Source: Octopus vulgaris
Taxonomy: Eukaryota
Assembly: GCA_951406725.2 (NCBI GenBank)
Contig: OX597837.1
Location: forward strand, 20,956,001 to 21,020,000
Direction of reading: 5' to 3'
Length of the DNA: 64,000 bases
Part shown: positions 14,169 to 28,399 of the stretch, piece by piece
Layout: the number at the start of each line of letters is the position of its first letter
How positions within the stretch are numbered: the first letter of the stretch is position 1
Notes under the pieces: generated by a model
Database searches by the model: none
What the model saw: only the letters and a program-made list of their open reading frames with translations
Told to the model about the DNA's origin: nothing
Program-made: the position numbers and the translations under genes

Positions 14169-14217
<49 letters not shown>

Positions 14218-14786
14218 CATACATATATATGTGTGTGTTCGATTGCTGGTATGGTTGTTTTTGTATATGTGGAATAGTGTTACAACACATCCGTTTGGTA
14301 TGTGTGTGTGTGTGTGTGTGTGTGTGTAGGTGCAATGGCCCAGGGGTTAGGACAGCGGACTCATGGCCGTAGAATCGCGGTTTCAATTCCTAGACCGGGC
14401 GTTGTTAGTGTTTATTGAACGAAAACACCTAAAATTCCACGTGGCTCTGGCAAGGGGTAGTGGCGAACCCTGCTGTACTCCTTCAGCACAACATTCTCTC
14501 ACTCGTCCTGTTTCTAGTGTACCTGTATTTCGAAAGGCCATCCTTGTCACACTCTGTGCCACGCTGAATCTCCCCAAGAACTACGTTAAGGGTATACGTG
14601 TCTGTGGAGTGCTGAGCCACATGCACGTTAATTTCACGAGCAGGCTGTTCCGTTGATCGGATCAAATGGAAACCTCGTCGTCGTAATCGACGGAGTGCCG
14701 CGACGATATATATATATATCTGAATGACTGTCTGTTTTCCGTATTCGTCAATTCGTGAATTTCACGTTCTTTATATATAAAGTTTT

Positions 14787-14886
<100 letters not shown>

Positions 14887-15936
14887 GTTGATAAATATCC
14901 TTATAGGTATAAAAATGCCATAAACAATTATAGAAAAAATGGAGGAGAAAAAGATGTTGAATTATGGCATTTTTATACCTATAATGGTATTTTTCAACTA
15001 CTATTTTCATATTCTTATTACTTGCTATTTTATGAATATATATATAGATAGATAGATAAAACTTACTTGGAAAAGGATGCGTGGCGTTCGATCATATAAT
15101 AATATAAATAATAAATAGATATATGCAAACATACATACATACATACATGTACATACCTACATATATATGTGTATATACATGCATATATGGGTACTGGACA
15201 TCAAAAAACGTTGAACACAATGAGAAACGAAAACATAAAAATAAAAACATAGAAAACGAACTTTTTCGAACAACGGAAAAAGAACAAACAGAGAAACGAG
15301 ACATGCAGCATAAAGAATATTCCCCTTCATCAGTCGTCCCTGTTTCATCTACTACGCGTTACGAAGGCAAGGACAATACGCGACTCCGTTGAAACAGTCC
15401 TTCCCGCAAAGCAAATTAAATAAGATTTGGGATTTTTTGCGGAGGGTGAAAGTGGTAACAAGAACAGGACAGTGAGAACAAAACAGTAAAAACAAACGGT
15501 GAGGGTTGTTAAGCCTCGGAGGGAAACTTTCTAGGTGCAATCTCATGGTCATTCATGACCGAAGGGGGTCACAGGGATTTATTGTGTATATGTTTATATG
15601 TGTATATATTTGTTATGTATATATATACATCTGCATATATTTGCTGTGCATATATTTATTATATTTATTCTGTATATATATTTACATGTGTATATAATTA
15701 CTGCGCTTATATATTTATGGTGTATATTTTGACATGTTTATATATTTATTGTGTATATATATAGGTGCAAAAGTGGCTGTGTGGTAAGTAGCTTGCTTAT
15801 CAACCACATGGTTCCGGGTTCATTCCCATTGCGTGGCACCTTGGGCAAGTGTCTTCTACTATAGCCTCGTGCCGACCTAAGCCTTGTGAGTGGATTTGGA
15901 AGACGGAAACTGAAAGAAGCCCGTCGTATGTATAGG

Positions 15937-15994
<58 letters not shown>

Positions 15995-16222
15995 TCCCCC
16001 AACATCACTTGACAACCGATGCTGGTATGCTTACGTCCCCGTAACTTAGCGGTTCGGCAAAAGAGACCGATAGAGTAAGTACAAGGCTTACACAGAATAA
16101 GTCGTGGGGTCGATTTGCTCGACTAAAGGCGGCGCTTTAGCATGGCCGCAGTCAAAGGACTGAAACAAGTAAAAGAGAGAGGGAGAGATATTTACATGTT
16201 TATATATCATTGTATAAATAAT

Positions 16223-16386
<164 letters not shown>

Positions 16387-16411
16387 GTGTGTACTTTCCC
16401 GATACTTACAG

Positions 16412-16554
16412 GCTAAAAGAGATGCCATGGCAAACATCATAACTGACAAAACAGAAAAGCTGGTGGATCATAAAGACGAGTTGGAGAAGCTGACTGAGGT
16501 GGCAGAAAAGGAAATTCTTGAGGAGTTTGAAGATAGCCTGCAGAAACGTTCGAG
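16412..16554 (+). CDS. Gene A exon, [47 protein letters not shown]
   Basis: ttacag / gtagac, 143 nt, phase 0/2; same length as gene B exon 59668-59810. Confidence 0.85.
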
Positions 16555-16932
16555 GTAGACCACATTTTGGTTCTTTCTGCCCCCCCACACACATATATAT
16601 ATATTGTCTTTTACTTGTTTCAGTCATTTGACAGCGGCTATGCCGGGTTATGGGGCCGTAAACACGCCAACACCGGCTGTCAAGCGGTTCTGAGAGACAA
16701 ACAGAGACACAAATACACATACTTACATACATATATATATATATATATACTAAGTAATTAAGGGTTTAGCAACGATTTGCCTCACCACACACCGAATTTA
16801 GAAATAGCAGTCAAAGAGTTTGGGCTATTCTTTCTACTTAAAAGGGAGATCCCAGTAAAACCACAGCACTTAAAAGGCAAACAACGCAGGCAAAAGAGAA
16901 AGAAATGACGATAATCATTCTACATTAAGTCA

Positions 16933-17023
16933 CCTACGGACGTACGTTTCGGAATTAAGTCATAGGAAAGCATAAAAATTAAATAATTATGTCTTACCCA
17001 ACTATTTTCCTCTTCAGCGTAGG
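16933..17023 (-). ncRNA. Hammerhead ribozyme motif, inverted copy of 17559-17649
   Basis: reverse complement of the + strand copy. Confidence 0.85.
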
Positions 17024-17558
17024 ACTCTTCAATTATAAATAATTGCGTCTCAATCATTAATAATTGTGTATTAAATTTGAAGGCACTAGAAGACATCACC
17101 TCAACTCATGGTATCAGAGCGAGCGTAAGCCATTACCAGTACCACCAAATTCAAAGGGTGAATGAAAGTATGTCACCATCCCCCTTCCGCCAGCGTGCTG
17201 CCAAAATAAGATGCTACGGTTTTTTACTGGGATGAAATATAATTATCAATAATAATATAGGGTGAAATTAATTAATTTGGAATAATCATTAATTTCACCA
17301 AGTAGATTTCGGCATGTAAAAGCCCCATTCAAGGAAGGTTTAAGTAATACTAAGTAATTAAGGGTTTAGCAACGATTTGCCTCACCACAAACCGAATAGG
17401 GGATGGTGACATACTTTCATTCACCCTTTGAATTTGGTGGTACTGGTAATGGCTTACGCTCGCTCTGATACCATGAGTTGAGGTGATGTCTTCTGGTGCC
17501 TTCAAATTTAATACACAATTATTAATGATTGAGACGCAATTATTTATAATTGAAGAGT

Positions 17559-17649
17559 CCTACGCTGAAGAGGAAAATAGTTGGGTAAGACATAATTATT
17601 TAATTTTTATGCTTTCCTATGACTTAATTCCGAAACGTACGTCCGTAGG
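17559..17649 (+). ncRNA. Minimal type I hammerhead ribozyme motif
   Basis: cctacg CTGAAGA ggaa..ttcc GAAA cgtacg TC cgtagg: 6-bp stem I, intact core, palindromic stem III, GUC cleavage site. Confidence 0.85.
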
Positions 17650-17936
17650 TGACTTAATGTAGAATGATTATCGTCATTTCTTTCTCTTTTGCCTGCGTTG
17701 TTTGCCTTTTAAGTGCTGTGGTTTTACTGGGATCTCCCTTTTAAGTAGAAAGAATAGCCAAAACTCTTTGACTGCTAGTTCTAAATTCGGTGTGTGGTGA
17801 GGCAAATCGTTGCTAAACCCTTAATTACTTAGTATTACTTAAACCTTCCTTGAATGGGGCTTTTACATGCCGAAATCTACTTGGTGAAATTAATGATTAT
17901 TCCAAATTAATTAATTTCACCCTATATTATTACTGA

Positions 17937-18031
<95 letters not shown>

Positions 18032-18049
18032 CATACATACATACATACA

Positions 18050-18083
<34 letters not shown>

Positions 18084-18339
18084 CAGTGACGGACTGGCCA
18101 GGTTGCTAGTTTGCCCGATGGAGGGGCATATTAGTATGTAAGGGGCGCACCCCCTCAAATTTTTATTCACTCCTGGAAGAATGCATTAATTATTTTAACG
18201 TGGCTGTGTTTGTAGACAGTTAAAAAGAATACTTTTAACAAAAACAAAAATCCAATAATAGCATTGTAGTTGCGGGTTGGCACCCTTAGTTTTTCTGGCA
18301 ACCAATATTTTTAGACCCAGTCCGCCACTACATATATAT

Positions 18340-18980
18340 ATTCCTTCACCTGCACCTCCAGCAATATCATCTATTGCATCTCCTGCTCTCTCTGCCATTC
18401 CCTGTACATCGGACAAACGGGACACCGCTTGGCTGACCGGTTCGCGGACACCTCCGAGACATCTGCCTCGGCAATGACACCCCAGTCTCATGCCATTTCC
18501 GCTCCACCGGTCACGCCTTGCAACACCTGTCTGTGTTCGGATTGTCCTTGCACAGAGGCCATCCGGATTCCCGTTTGCGCCGTGAACAGGGATTAATCTT
18601 CTCTTTTCGCTCTTTTACGCCATTTGGGCTCAACTCTCCTCCCCTTTTCATCTAAACTCCTCCCCGACTCCTACTTCTCTTCACTCCTACATCTTTTCAC
18701 ACCTACTCTCTTTCCCTCTTCTTCCCTCTTTTCCCTCTAGTCTCTTTCCCTCTTCTCCCCTTCTCTCTTTCTCTCTTCTCTCTTTCTCTCTGCTCCCTCA
18801 CTCTCCTTCTCTCCTCTCTCCCCCTCCCTCCTCCTCCCCTCTCTTCTCTCCTCCTCTCTCTCCTCACATACCCACCTTCCCCTCCCCCATAAACCCACCC
18901 ACCCCTACTCCACTTTCCCTATCCTTCCCATCCCCTACCCTATCCCACACCCTCCCCCACATACCTCACCCCTACCCCCC
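18340..18980 (+). mobile_element. Penelope-like GIY-YIG endonuclease 3' fragment plus pyrimidine-rich tail
   Basis: NIIYCISCSLCHSLYIGQTGHRLADRFA...HF...RLRREQGLIF...PFGLN. Confidence 0.8.
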
Positions 18981-19003
18981 ACATACATACATACATACAT
19001 ATA

Positions 19004-20268
19004 AAGGTATTGGACAAAATAATGGAAACACCTTAAAATTTCAAAACAAATTTATTTTAATATGGGGTAGGACCGCCTTTGGCAGTAATTACAGCTTGAA
19101 TTCTACGAGGCATGGACTCATACAAAGTTTGAATTGTTTCCAAAGGAATTTTTGGCCATTCTTCAGCCAAAACAGTCTCCAGTTCTTGTCGTGATGATGG
19201 TGGAGGATATAGACTCCTTACTTTTTTTCTAAAACACACCATAAATGTTCAATAATATTGATATCTGGGCACTGTGCTGGCCAGATAAGATGTTCAACTT
19301 CACTAGAATGTTCCTCGTGCCATTCAGTAACAACTTTAGCTGTGTGAATTGGTGCATTATGACTCTGAAAGATTGCGTTTCCCTCCAGAAACAGTTCCGC
19401 ACCTATAGGCTGAATTTGATCAGATAAAATGCTTAAATAGTCTTGAATATTAATTCTGCCATGAAGGGAAACCATTGGACCGGCGGATTTCCAAGATATA
19501 GCCCCAACCCCAGATCATCACAGATCCTCATCCATGTTTAATAGTTGGAAGAAGGCAGTCTGGGTCAAATGCTTCTTTTGGCTGTCCCCACACGTATACT
19601 TGGCTGGTGGTCGGAAATAAGGTAAAGGATGACTTGTCCGAGAAAATAACATTCTTCCACTGCTCTCGTGACCAATTCTGTAGATTTTTACTCCACTCTA
19701 AACGCTTTGCAAGGTTTGCTTTTGAAAGTAGTGATTTTCTGATTGCAGCACTCCCGTGAAATCCGGCTTTGTGCAGTTCATGGCGGAGTTTTTGTGGTAA
19801 CTGGGTTCTCGAGGTGGTCATTAAGCTCTGCAGTAATTTTGAGAGCAGTATTTTTGTGATCCTTTCTAACAATTCGCATAAGAGTCCGACGGTCCCTATC
19901 TGAAAGTTATGGTTTTCTTCTGGAGTTTTGTTTCGACAAAGAGGTCTTTCCCTCTTTCTCAAAAGCTGTCATTACTTTTGAAACAGTACTTCTTGATATA
20001 CCAAACATTTCGGGTGTTTTCGTTACGCTAGTGCCTACCATACTAGCACCAACAATTTGACCTATTTGAAAGTCCAATAGATCTGTCGCTTTAATGAAAT
20101 TTAATTACCTTTTCCTGGTGATATCTGAAAAGAAACAGCAATTTTAGCAAAACATATTAAGCAACACTAATAATAAATCAAAAAAACATAAAAATAAACA
20201 AGCTTTTGGCGGTTTTAGATATATTTTAAAATTATGATGCTATGATGCTAGGTGTTTCCATTATTTTG

Positions 20269-20269
<1 letters not shown>
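19004..20269 (-). mobile_element. Tc1/mariner transposon relic
   Basis: TIRs acaaaataatggaaacacct / aggtgtttccattattttgt; WKNVIFSDKSSF, NAPIH, WPAQCPDINIIEHLW, SMPRRIQAVITAKGGPTPY, with frameshifts. Confidence 0.9.
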
Positions 20270-20312
<43 letters not shown>

Positions 20313-20333
20313 CATACATTATTTTGTGTATAT

Positions 20334-20376
<43 letters not shown>

Positions 20377-20448
20377 TATTATTTAAATGAATGCGACGCA
20401 TCCATTTCAAGTGTGTATATATTTTTTTATACACATATATATTATATG

Positions 20449-20539
<91 letters not shown>

Positions 20540-21418
20540 ATATATATGTATAAATACATGTTTGTGTGTGGCTTTGTAAAGAAAGAAATTGCTCTTTCCG
20601 GGGATGCCTTACATTCTAGCTTCTCCAGTTTATATATCTGTGAATTTACTGGAATGTGTCTCTCTGTGTTAGTATTAGTGTTTAATAGACACCAGCATTA
20701 TATAATTTGATTTGGATACAAAAATCAATAAATATATAAAGATATATATTGTATAGATTCTTCCTTCGGTAAGTAGGTAGACAGTAAACACAACATCTAG
20801 ACTCTAAAACCAATATTAATTACCTTGGGGTGTGGCCGGCTATCGTCAAACTTAAAAGTTTTTGCTATGTTTAGAAAAACACTCGAAAAACAAATAATCT
20901 TTCTCGCTCTATCTCTCTCTCTCACACACACACACACATACGAGAAAGACATACGACAATTATGCTTAAAGGTGAAAATGCTAACACACTCACACATAAA
21001 AAAACATGCTACTATCTTAGTCTATAATGAACACTCATTCGATTAGGATGTAAATTATAACACAATTGTTACTTGTAAAATAAATGAAGGTGGTTATTGA
21101 AACGATCGTAAGCGTTACGTAATTGACAGTTATGTAAATAAATTGATATTGCTGTATTCAAACTCTCCATTTTCTTTATATTATACAACTTATATATATA
21201 TATATATAATCATATCAAAGGGAAATGGAATTTAATTAAAATTAAAAACATTCAATTAAAATTTACATTTCCAGTGCTCTAACGCGTAAAAGAATTTTAG
21301 TCAAAAAGACTATATATTAGTCATACGATATAGTGTATATTTAAACACATAGAGAATCCACGTATAGGGATTCTACGCGCTAGAAAGAACAGCTAAGTTC
21401 TATGACCACAGGGTTGGA

Positions 21419-21493
21419 CCTGCTGAGGAAAATCAAACCTTGTGAGCTTCTTTATGACTCGCTAAAAGATGATTAGAAACCAATTGGTCCAGG
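21419..21493 (+). ncRNA. Minimal type I hammerhead ribozyme motif
   Basis: cctg CTGAGGA aaatca..tgatta GAAA ccaattgg TC cagg; the first stem II pair is mismatched. Confidence 0.7.
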
Positions 21494-21826
21494 AAACTAA
21501 ATGGTAAATGTTTTTCATTTCCAAATTTATTCCTGTCGAATACGCAACCGGTAAAAAGAACTTTCACCTAATTAAATACACTCTCCCTTACTTAAATTAT
21601 TTTGTCAGCATTTTCTTCATTTCCTTTATATATATATATATATATATAGGGAGTAGTATGCTTTTCTTTTGATTTCTAGATAGAAATAACACTTGCTGAC
21701 CAAAAACAAACAATTAATGAATAACAATTTTGTCACACACTGTAATCAAACTCATCTAAGTTTGGCAATAAATTTTTATACAAGTCATTTTTATGCGAGT
21801 TGTTAATTTACCCCTATTAATTACAG

Positions 21827-21988
21827 GAAATATATAAAGACTATCGAATCTCTAAGGAATAAAGTGTTGGAGGAAAAACATAAGAGATCGGAAATTGAAG
21901 AGGAATATCAATGCAAGATCCGTGAACTAAATATGATGACTATTGCACTTCAAGAAGAATTGCACAAGTTACATCGAAAACACCTTTT
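21827..21988 (+). CDS. Gene A exon, (R)KYIKTIESLRNKVLEEKHKRSEIEEEYQCKIRELNMMTIALQEELHKLHRKHL
   Basis: ttacag / gtcagt, 162 nt, phase 2/2; heptad pattern; aligns with the last coding exon of gene B. Confidence 0.8.
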
Positions 21989-22003
21989 GTCAGTAGCTGC
22001 TTT

Positions 22004-22085
<82 letters not shown>

Positions 22086-22695
22086 CATTTCATATATCTG
22101 CGGTGTGCATAAATTTGTGAATGTATCTATGTAAGCTGAAACCCTGCGTAAAGTGGCGTCTATTGATTGGCCTAACAAGTTACACAGTTTAATACCATCG
22201 TCTAGACCTTGAGTTCCTTTGGCAGACTTTGCTCTGTTGCAAGTATTCGAACCTGACTCCTATTATGTATCATTCTAATTAGTTAAAACTTCAAGAGTCC
22301 TTTCAACATCTTGGGGAAAAGAAATATTATTGTCTCTCATTTTCAGTAAGCTCTGAAGACATTTCTAGCACAAGAATATTTTGATACTTACGATCACTAA
22401 ATATTACAAAAGAGATCAATATGAGAGCGATCAACTTGCTAGAAATAGCTCCCAAATCTGTTTCAAATTACACCTGCTTGTTTTAAAAGGTATTCTCTTT
22501 TACTTGTTTCAGTCATTTGACTGCGGCCATGCTGGAGCACCGCCTTTAGTCGAACAAATTGACCCCGGGACTTATTCTTTGTAAGCCCAGCACTTATTCT
22601 ATCGCTCTCTTTTGCCGAACCGCTAAGTGACGGCGGCATAAACACACCAACATCGGTTGTCAAGCAATGCTAGGGGGACAAACACAGACACACAA

Positions 22696-22766
<71 letters not shown>

Positions 22767-22884
22767 ATATTTTTACAACATATTATAAAATATTATAATA
22801 ATCCAGGTTTCTCGGAGCACTAGGCCACTTGGTGTAGAATAGATATACTATTAAATTAGTATCTAATTTTCTCACCCTTATTAA

Positions 22885-22941
<57 letters not shown>

Positions 22942-23139
22942 TATACATATATATACATATATACGACGGGCTTCTTTCAGTTTCCGTCTACCAAATCCAC
23001 TTTGGTCGACCCGAGGCTATAGTAAAAGACACTTGCCCAAGATGCCACGCAGTGTGACTGAACCCGGAACCATGTGGTTGGTAAGCAAGCTACTTACCAC
23101 ACAGCCACATGAATAATATACTTCTATATCATCTCTATC

Positions 23140-23760
23140 CGGGGAAGATTAGATATTCGGTAACATGATTCTGAATTTGAGTATGAAACTCTGTTCCTTC
23201 CGTTTCCGTAGATGCCGTTCATTGACGAATCAGTAATGGAATTGCCCAGCGATAGATTGGCCTAATATACATAGCAGTGTGCCTCGAGTGTGTTCTCGAA
23301 ACAGCCGACAGGGAAATGTCATTTTCCCCCCAATGCAAAGTGCTCCACAGTGTTTGCAGATGGTTCAATATATGAGGTGGGAAGAAGTACAGCAGACGCT
23401 TTGGGTACTGTGTTACTGTGAATTATGCCAAGTGTTGATTGAAGTGTTGCTAAGAGGAACAGTTGTTGCATCTTCGAGGAGCCCATTTAAAAGTACTTGG
23501 TTGTGTTTGGCTAGGTGCTATAAAACATCTAACGATGGGGTTCCTTTTTTGAAGGTGAGGAGAAGTGGTACAGGCAAGATCGGAGCGGCTGAGGTAATTT
23601 GGAAAAAAGTAAGATTCGGAAGTTGTGAATGTGTGCCACAAAAGGTGAATGGATGGGTGGAAAGCGAGAGACAATGGAATCTGGGAGTGCGTAAAGAAGA
23701 TAGAAAAGCGGTCGTGCGCTCAGTGGTCTTGACCCGTCAGAATGTGGGGGCCACAAGAAA
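23140..23760 (-). mobile_element. Degenerate Penelope-like endonuclease-region fragment
   Basis: minus-strand RKRKEQSFILKFR C-terminal signature and CKHC motif; heavily decayed. Confidence 0.45.
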
Positions 23761-24196
23761 GTATTTCTGTTAACTATTTATTAGTGAGATACACCTGCAT
23801 ATTCAAGGAAGCGGAAGGGACAAATTCGGAATCATGTCGCTTAATGGGTTTTAACGAACATTTTCCTTCTACTCCAACGCACTTCTGTGCGTTTGTGTGT
23901 TTGTGTGTGTTTGTGTGTTCCGCATACAAGTGTGCATATGTGTGTGTAAGAGTGTTTATGTAGGTATATGTATATCTTTTGTAGTTATAGTAACCAAGAC
24001 TCTATACGGATATTTTACTTGAGGGGCCAAAAGACAGAAGTATTGCATAATGGTATAAAATAAAACACAATAATAAAAAAAATTATAAAAATACAAAAAT
24101 GTCAATGAATGGAAGGGGACGTTTTTAATCATATAAGGAACTGAACCCCAAGAGGTATTTCTTGATGTGAACTCATGTGGTGAAACATTTTGGAAA

Positions 24197-24434
24197 ACAC
24201 ACGCACTGGTTCTATTTCCCTTTATTATTTGTCAATTAGTCATTTGATCAACCAACTAATCGATTGCTTGCTTAATCGGTCGGTTAAACAATCGATTAGT
24301 TGTTTTGTTTAGTTGCTAATTCAACTGATCGATTGTTTAACCGACTGACTGAGCAAGCGCTTGATTAGTAGACTGGTTAAATTACTAATCAGCTGATTAA
24401 TAATAAAGAAGTGAAATCGAACCAGTGTGTGTGT
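24197..24434. repeat. Imperfect foldback (MITE-like)
   Basis: acacacgcactggttc...ggttaaacaatcgattagttg mirrored by caactgatcgattgtttaacc...gaaccagtgtgtgtgt. Confidence 0.7.
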
Positions 24435-24559
24435 TTATTAGTGGCCTAATGACCCTCCCAAAATACAACAAAACTAACTCCTTCGATTTTTAGAATTTAA
24501 ACGTGTGAATATTCTTGTAATTGCAGTTGATTATCACCTCATTTCATTCATTTTGAAAG

Positions 24560-24599
24560 TTGTGTACTGGAAAGCAAAATTTCAACTACCTTGGAAGAG
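24560..24599 (+). CDS. Gene A candidate small exon, (F)CVLESKISTTLEE
   Basis: ttcattttgaaag acceptor, gtgggg donor, 40 nt; phase 2/0 joins 21988 to 26254 in frame. Confidence 0.4.
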
Positions 24600-24869
24600 G
24601 TGGGGGAGTAGAAATTGAATGTAGGATAGAATGTGCTGTTGTGTTTGTGTCTTGTTGTTGGGACGGGGAAGCCTTGATGGGATGCATTATTTTGGATAGA
24701 ATTTGGTAGCAGAACCGGTTGGCGTTTCGGGGATTGTCTTGTTGGCTGTGTTCCTGTTGAGGTTTTTATTGCTATTGTTATCGACAGTAGTTCAGTAGAT
24801 AAAGCAATTAAGGATATAAAGACAGAGAAACCCCACCACCACACCCAACCCATCAGGAATCACCGTTAA

Positions 24870-25680
24870 GATGCTTAAAATATCTGGCGGAAACGGATAT
24901 AGCCTAATTACCCGTATAGTTAATCAAGAGAGTCATACTAAATGACTGGTGTAGCAATCAAAGGCAAAGGTGGTGTCTTAGGCACAAAAAAATTTCAGAG
25001 GTATCAAATTGCTGGATTACCTTATGAAAGTTATAGAGAGGGTCGTAGCTCAACTAATTAAGAAGAGATTTAACCTCGATGAAATGTAATTTGTTTTGTG
25101 CCAGAGTGAAGTATTACTTCTGCAGTTGCTAGCACCCACACCATCATCTATCATCTATCTATCATCAATCTATGCCGGACAGAGGGGTTACACAGGAGAG
25201 CTAGGAAGAAGGGGAGATAATAAAGTACTGGTGATCCCAAAACGAAGGTGCGCGTGCGTAGGTATAAGAGAGCATGTATGTGTATGTGGAAGAGGGCTAG
25301 TAACCTTGACGTTTGCGTGTGAGCATGTGTAGGTGTGTTGATGATGGTGTGGGTAAGCAAACTGCAGAATCATTTAGCCAAAAATAAACCTCAGTACATA
25401 CATCTTGTCGATATGGTGAAATCCTTTGACTAGATCCCCTGTTCCCTTATCCGGTGGTCAATGCAAAAACTGGAGATAAATGAGTGGTTAGTGAAAGCTG
25501 TACAAGCCATGTACAGGGATGCTGTCAATAAGGTGAGTATAGCAATGAATTTAATGTACAAGTAGGAATTCACCAAGGATCAGTTCTCAGACCCCTTTTG
25601 TTTATCATGGTCCTCCTAGCTATAACAGGAATTTAAGACTGGTTGGCCTTGGGAGCTCCTCTACGCCGATGAAGGCTGAA
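24870..25680 (+). mobile_element. RTE-like LINE RT fragments
   Basis: RGIKLLD, GIHQGSVLRPLLFI, LLYADE; related piece at 49667-49800. Confidence 0.65.
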
Positions 25681-26253
25681 AGGGAAATTATTCTTGCTAG
25701 GATTTGATCCTAGAATGTAAAGGAATGTGATAAAAATAACACAAGACCACAACACATATATATTACTTGTTTCAGTCATTAGGCTGCGGCCATGCCGGGG
25801 CACCACCTTAAAGAATTTTTAGTTGAACGAATTGACCCTAGGACTTATTTTTTAAGCCTGGTACATATTGTATCAGTCATTTTTGCCGAACCGCTAAGTT
25901 ACGGGGACGTAAACACACCATCACTGGTTGTCAAGCGGTAGTGGGGGAGGTACAAACACAGACATAAAGACACACACACGTATATAAGAATATACATATA
26001 TACGACGGGCTTCTTTCAGTTTCCGTCTACCACCAAATCCACTCAAAAGGCTTTAGTTAATCTGACGCTATAATAAAAGACATTTGCCCAAGATGCTACA
26101 CATTGGGACTGAACCCTGAACCAGGTAGTTGGGAAGCAAGCTTCCTACCACACCGCCTCGCCTGCTCCTATATATAATATATTCCAGTACCCTACCAGTT
26201 ATGCCGTTCCATTGTCTTATAATTCTATTAATAGTAATAATAATATCTTACAG

Positions 26254-26306
26254 CTAATGGATTGGGTCATAAACTTTCGAAGAAGGATGCAGCCAAAAGA
26301 TGAAAG
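26254..26306 (+). CDS. Gene A candidate exon, LMDWVINFRRRMQPKDE
   Basis: cttacag / gtaaat, 53 nt; in frame only via the 40-nt exon; terminal exon not identified. Confidence 0.45.
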
Positions 26307-27053
26307 GTAAATTTAACCTGAGATTTGAACAGAAGTATAAATAAACATTGCAAAACATTTTCCGGTTGTTCCTTTGATTTCACTAATCTAAAAACCCTGA
26401 TGTTGCGCCTCTTATGCCTTTTTGAAAAATAATTTCTGAGCAAAGCACCAGGCCTCTGATATTTCTTTTTTTTTTTTTTTTGAAAAGCCGAGATTATGAC
26501 GTGGAACTTTATTCGGAATGGAATCGAAATTACTTTAGTCAAACTTGGCCAACATGCAGTTCGCGTCATAAATTTCAAATCTCAAGTCGATTCGAATAAG
26601 GGCCAATGAGTAACTACGAAAACATCAACGCAGAACTTGCTCAATACCACATATTTGCTTGTCAGTTGTTTGACCTTAACCAGTTGAGCATGTCCCTTAC
26701 TGGCTGATATGTGCGTCTCTGATCACGAGCAGGAGTAGTGGCAAAACATCATAACCATGTATTGAGAGGAATTCTTTGGGGTTTGAATAATTTACCTCTG
26801 GAAACATGGGTGTTTCGTTCAATATCTTTAAACGACTCTTATTCAGGGACCTTTTGAGCGGGATAGGCTACACGACCTGAAGAAAATTCTAACTAGATTC
26901 ACCTACAAGGCCTTGCACTGTTTATTTTAATATGAGATCATTATTATATCGTGCGCAGGTGGTTGTGATGCGTGTGCCGGGTAGTCAAGATGGGTATACT
27001 GGGCTTCGTATTTTTTACCCCAGTGTCACTTTGTTGGCATATACTGTTGATGA

Positions 27054-27730
27054 TTGGCTGATGAAAGGAACACTAAAAAAGAAAACGAGTGCACTATACT
27101 GGCAGCACAGGACCAAGCTGTGGCCACAAACTGGAGGGTCAACTTGAGGAATGAGCAAGTGTCTCCGCTGTGCCGCATCTGCAATAGAGTGGTTGAAACC
27201 ATTGCCCACATCACGAACGAATGCCTTAGACTTGCTCAAAACAACTATAACTTGTGGCGACACGATAAGGTAGCGAAAGTGCTCCACTGGAAACTGTGCG
27301 AAAAGTGGGGGCTAGAGAGAGACAAGACGTGCTATGAGCACAAACCGCAGAGAATGACAGAGTCAGAGACTAGCGAAATCCTCTGGGATTTCTCAATCCA
27401 AACTGATCATGTGCTAGAGTATAACAGACCAGACCTGGTGTTGGTGGACAAGGTGCACCACATATGCTATATAGTTGACATTGCATGCCCCTTTGACCCA
27501 CGAATAGTCAAGAAAGAAGGCGAAAATATAGATAGATACAACCCTATTAAGTAATAAATAGCCCGGCTATGGAAAATGAAGAAGGTGGAGATAGTGTCAA
27601 TTATTGTTGGGTCCTTGGGAACAGTAGCAGAAGGCATCAAGAGGAGTATAAAGGAAATTGGAATAGAGCGGCCAGCAGAACTGTTACAAAGGGTTTACCT
27701 CCTTGGCACGGCCAGAATAACTAGGAAAGT
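27054..27730 (+). mobile_element. R4/Dong-like (RLE-type) non-LTR retrotransposon 3' fragment
   Basis: AAQDQAVAT, CRIC..ETIAHI..C zinc knuckle, RHD, ILWDFSIQTD, NRPDLVLVDK, IVDIACP; followed by (AAT)n. Confidence 0.9.
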
Positions 27731-27836
27731 ATTAGATAGATGAAAAGAACGAATAGCATGGTATCGTAGGCTGCAGGTTGTAAGCCATCGACGCATGCAA
27801 GACTCCAGGAACTCCAACAAAACCGTGATAAGAGAA

Positions 27837-27981
<145 letters not shown>

Positions 27982-28268
27982 GAAACAATTCCTATCATAG
28001 TAGGTGCATTAGGCATGATAAAAAAATATTCAGACAAATACATAACAAAAACACCAGGACTTACAAACACATATAACATACAGAAAATTGCACTACTAGG
28101 TACTGCACACATCCTACGCAGAACACTTTCCATACAATAACCATCAGAGCATCACAACAAATCACAGCACATACCCAAGGCACACAGAGCTGCGCTCGGT
28201 AGTGAAGTGAAAGCACGCTATAAAAATAAAAATAAAACTACTGAATAATAATAATAATAATAATAATA

Positions 28269-28312
<44 letters not shown>

Positions 28313-28399
28313 TATTATTATTATTCGTCGTCGTCCTGATGGGATGCACGTGTTAGTCCGCTCGTAAGTTTTTCCTCCAAAATTTTATTTCCAAAAGTT

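Larger units (their letters stand above)
16748..17941. mobile_element. Non-coding Penelope pLTR / retrozyme-like element: 600-nt unit, partial direct repeat, then an inverted copy
   Basis: tactaagtaattaaggg at 16748 and again at 17348; 17399-17941 is a near-identical reverse complement; flanked by (TA)n; contains two hammerheads. Confidence 0.8.

Noticed and set aside
21095-21115. GAAA cgatcg TA half of a hammerhead
   Set aside because: No matching CUGANGA box or stem I found upstream
22347-22450. tttcag acceptor as the next gene A exon
   Set aside because: In-frame TGA within three codons and no paralogous support
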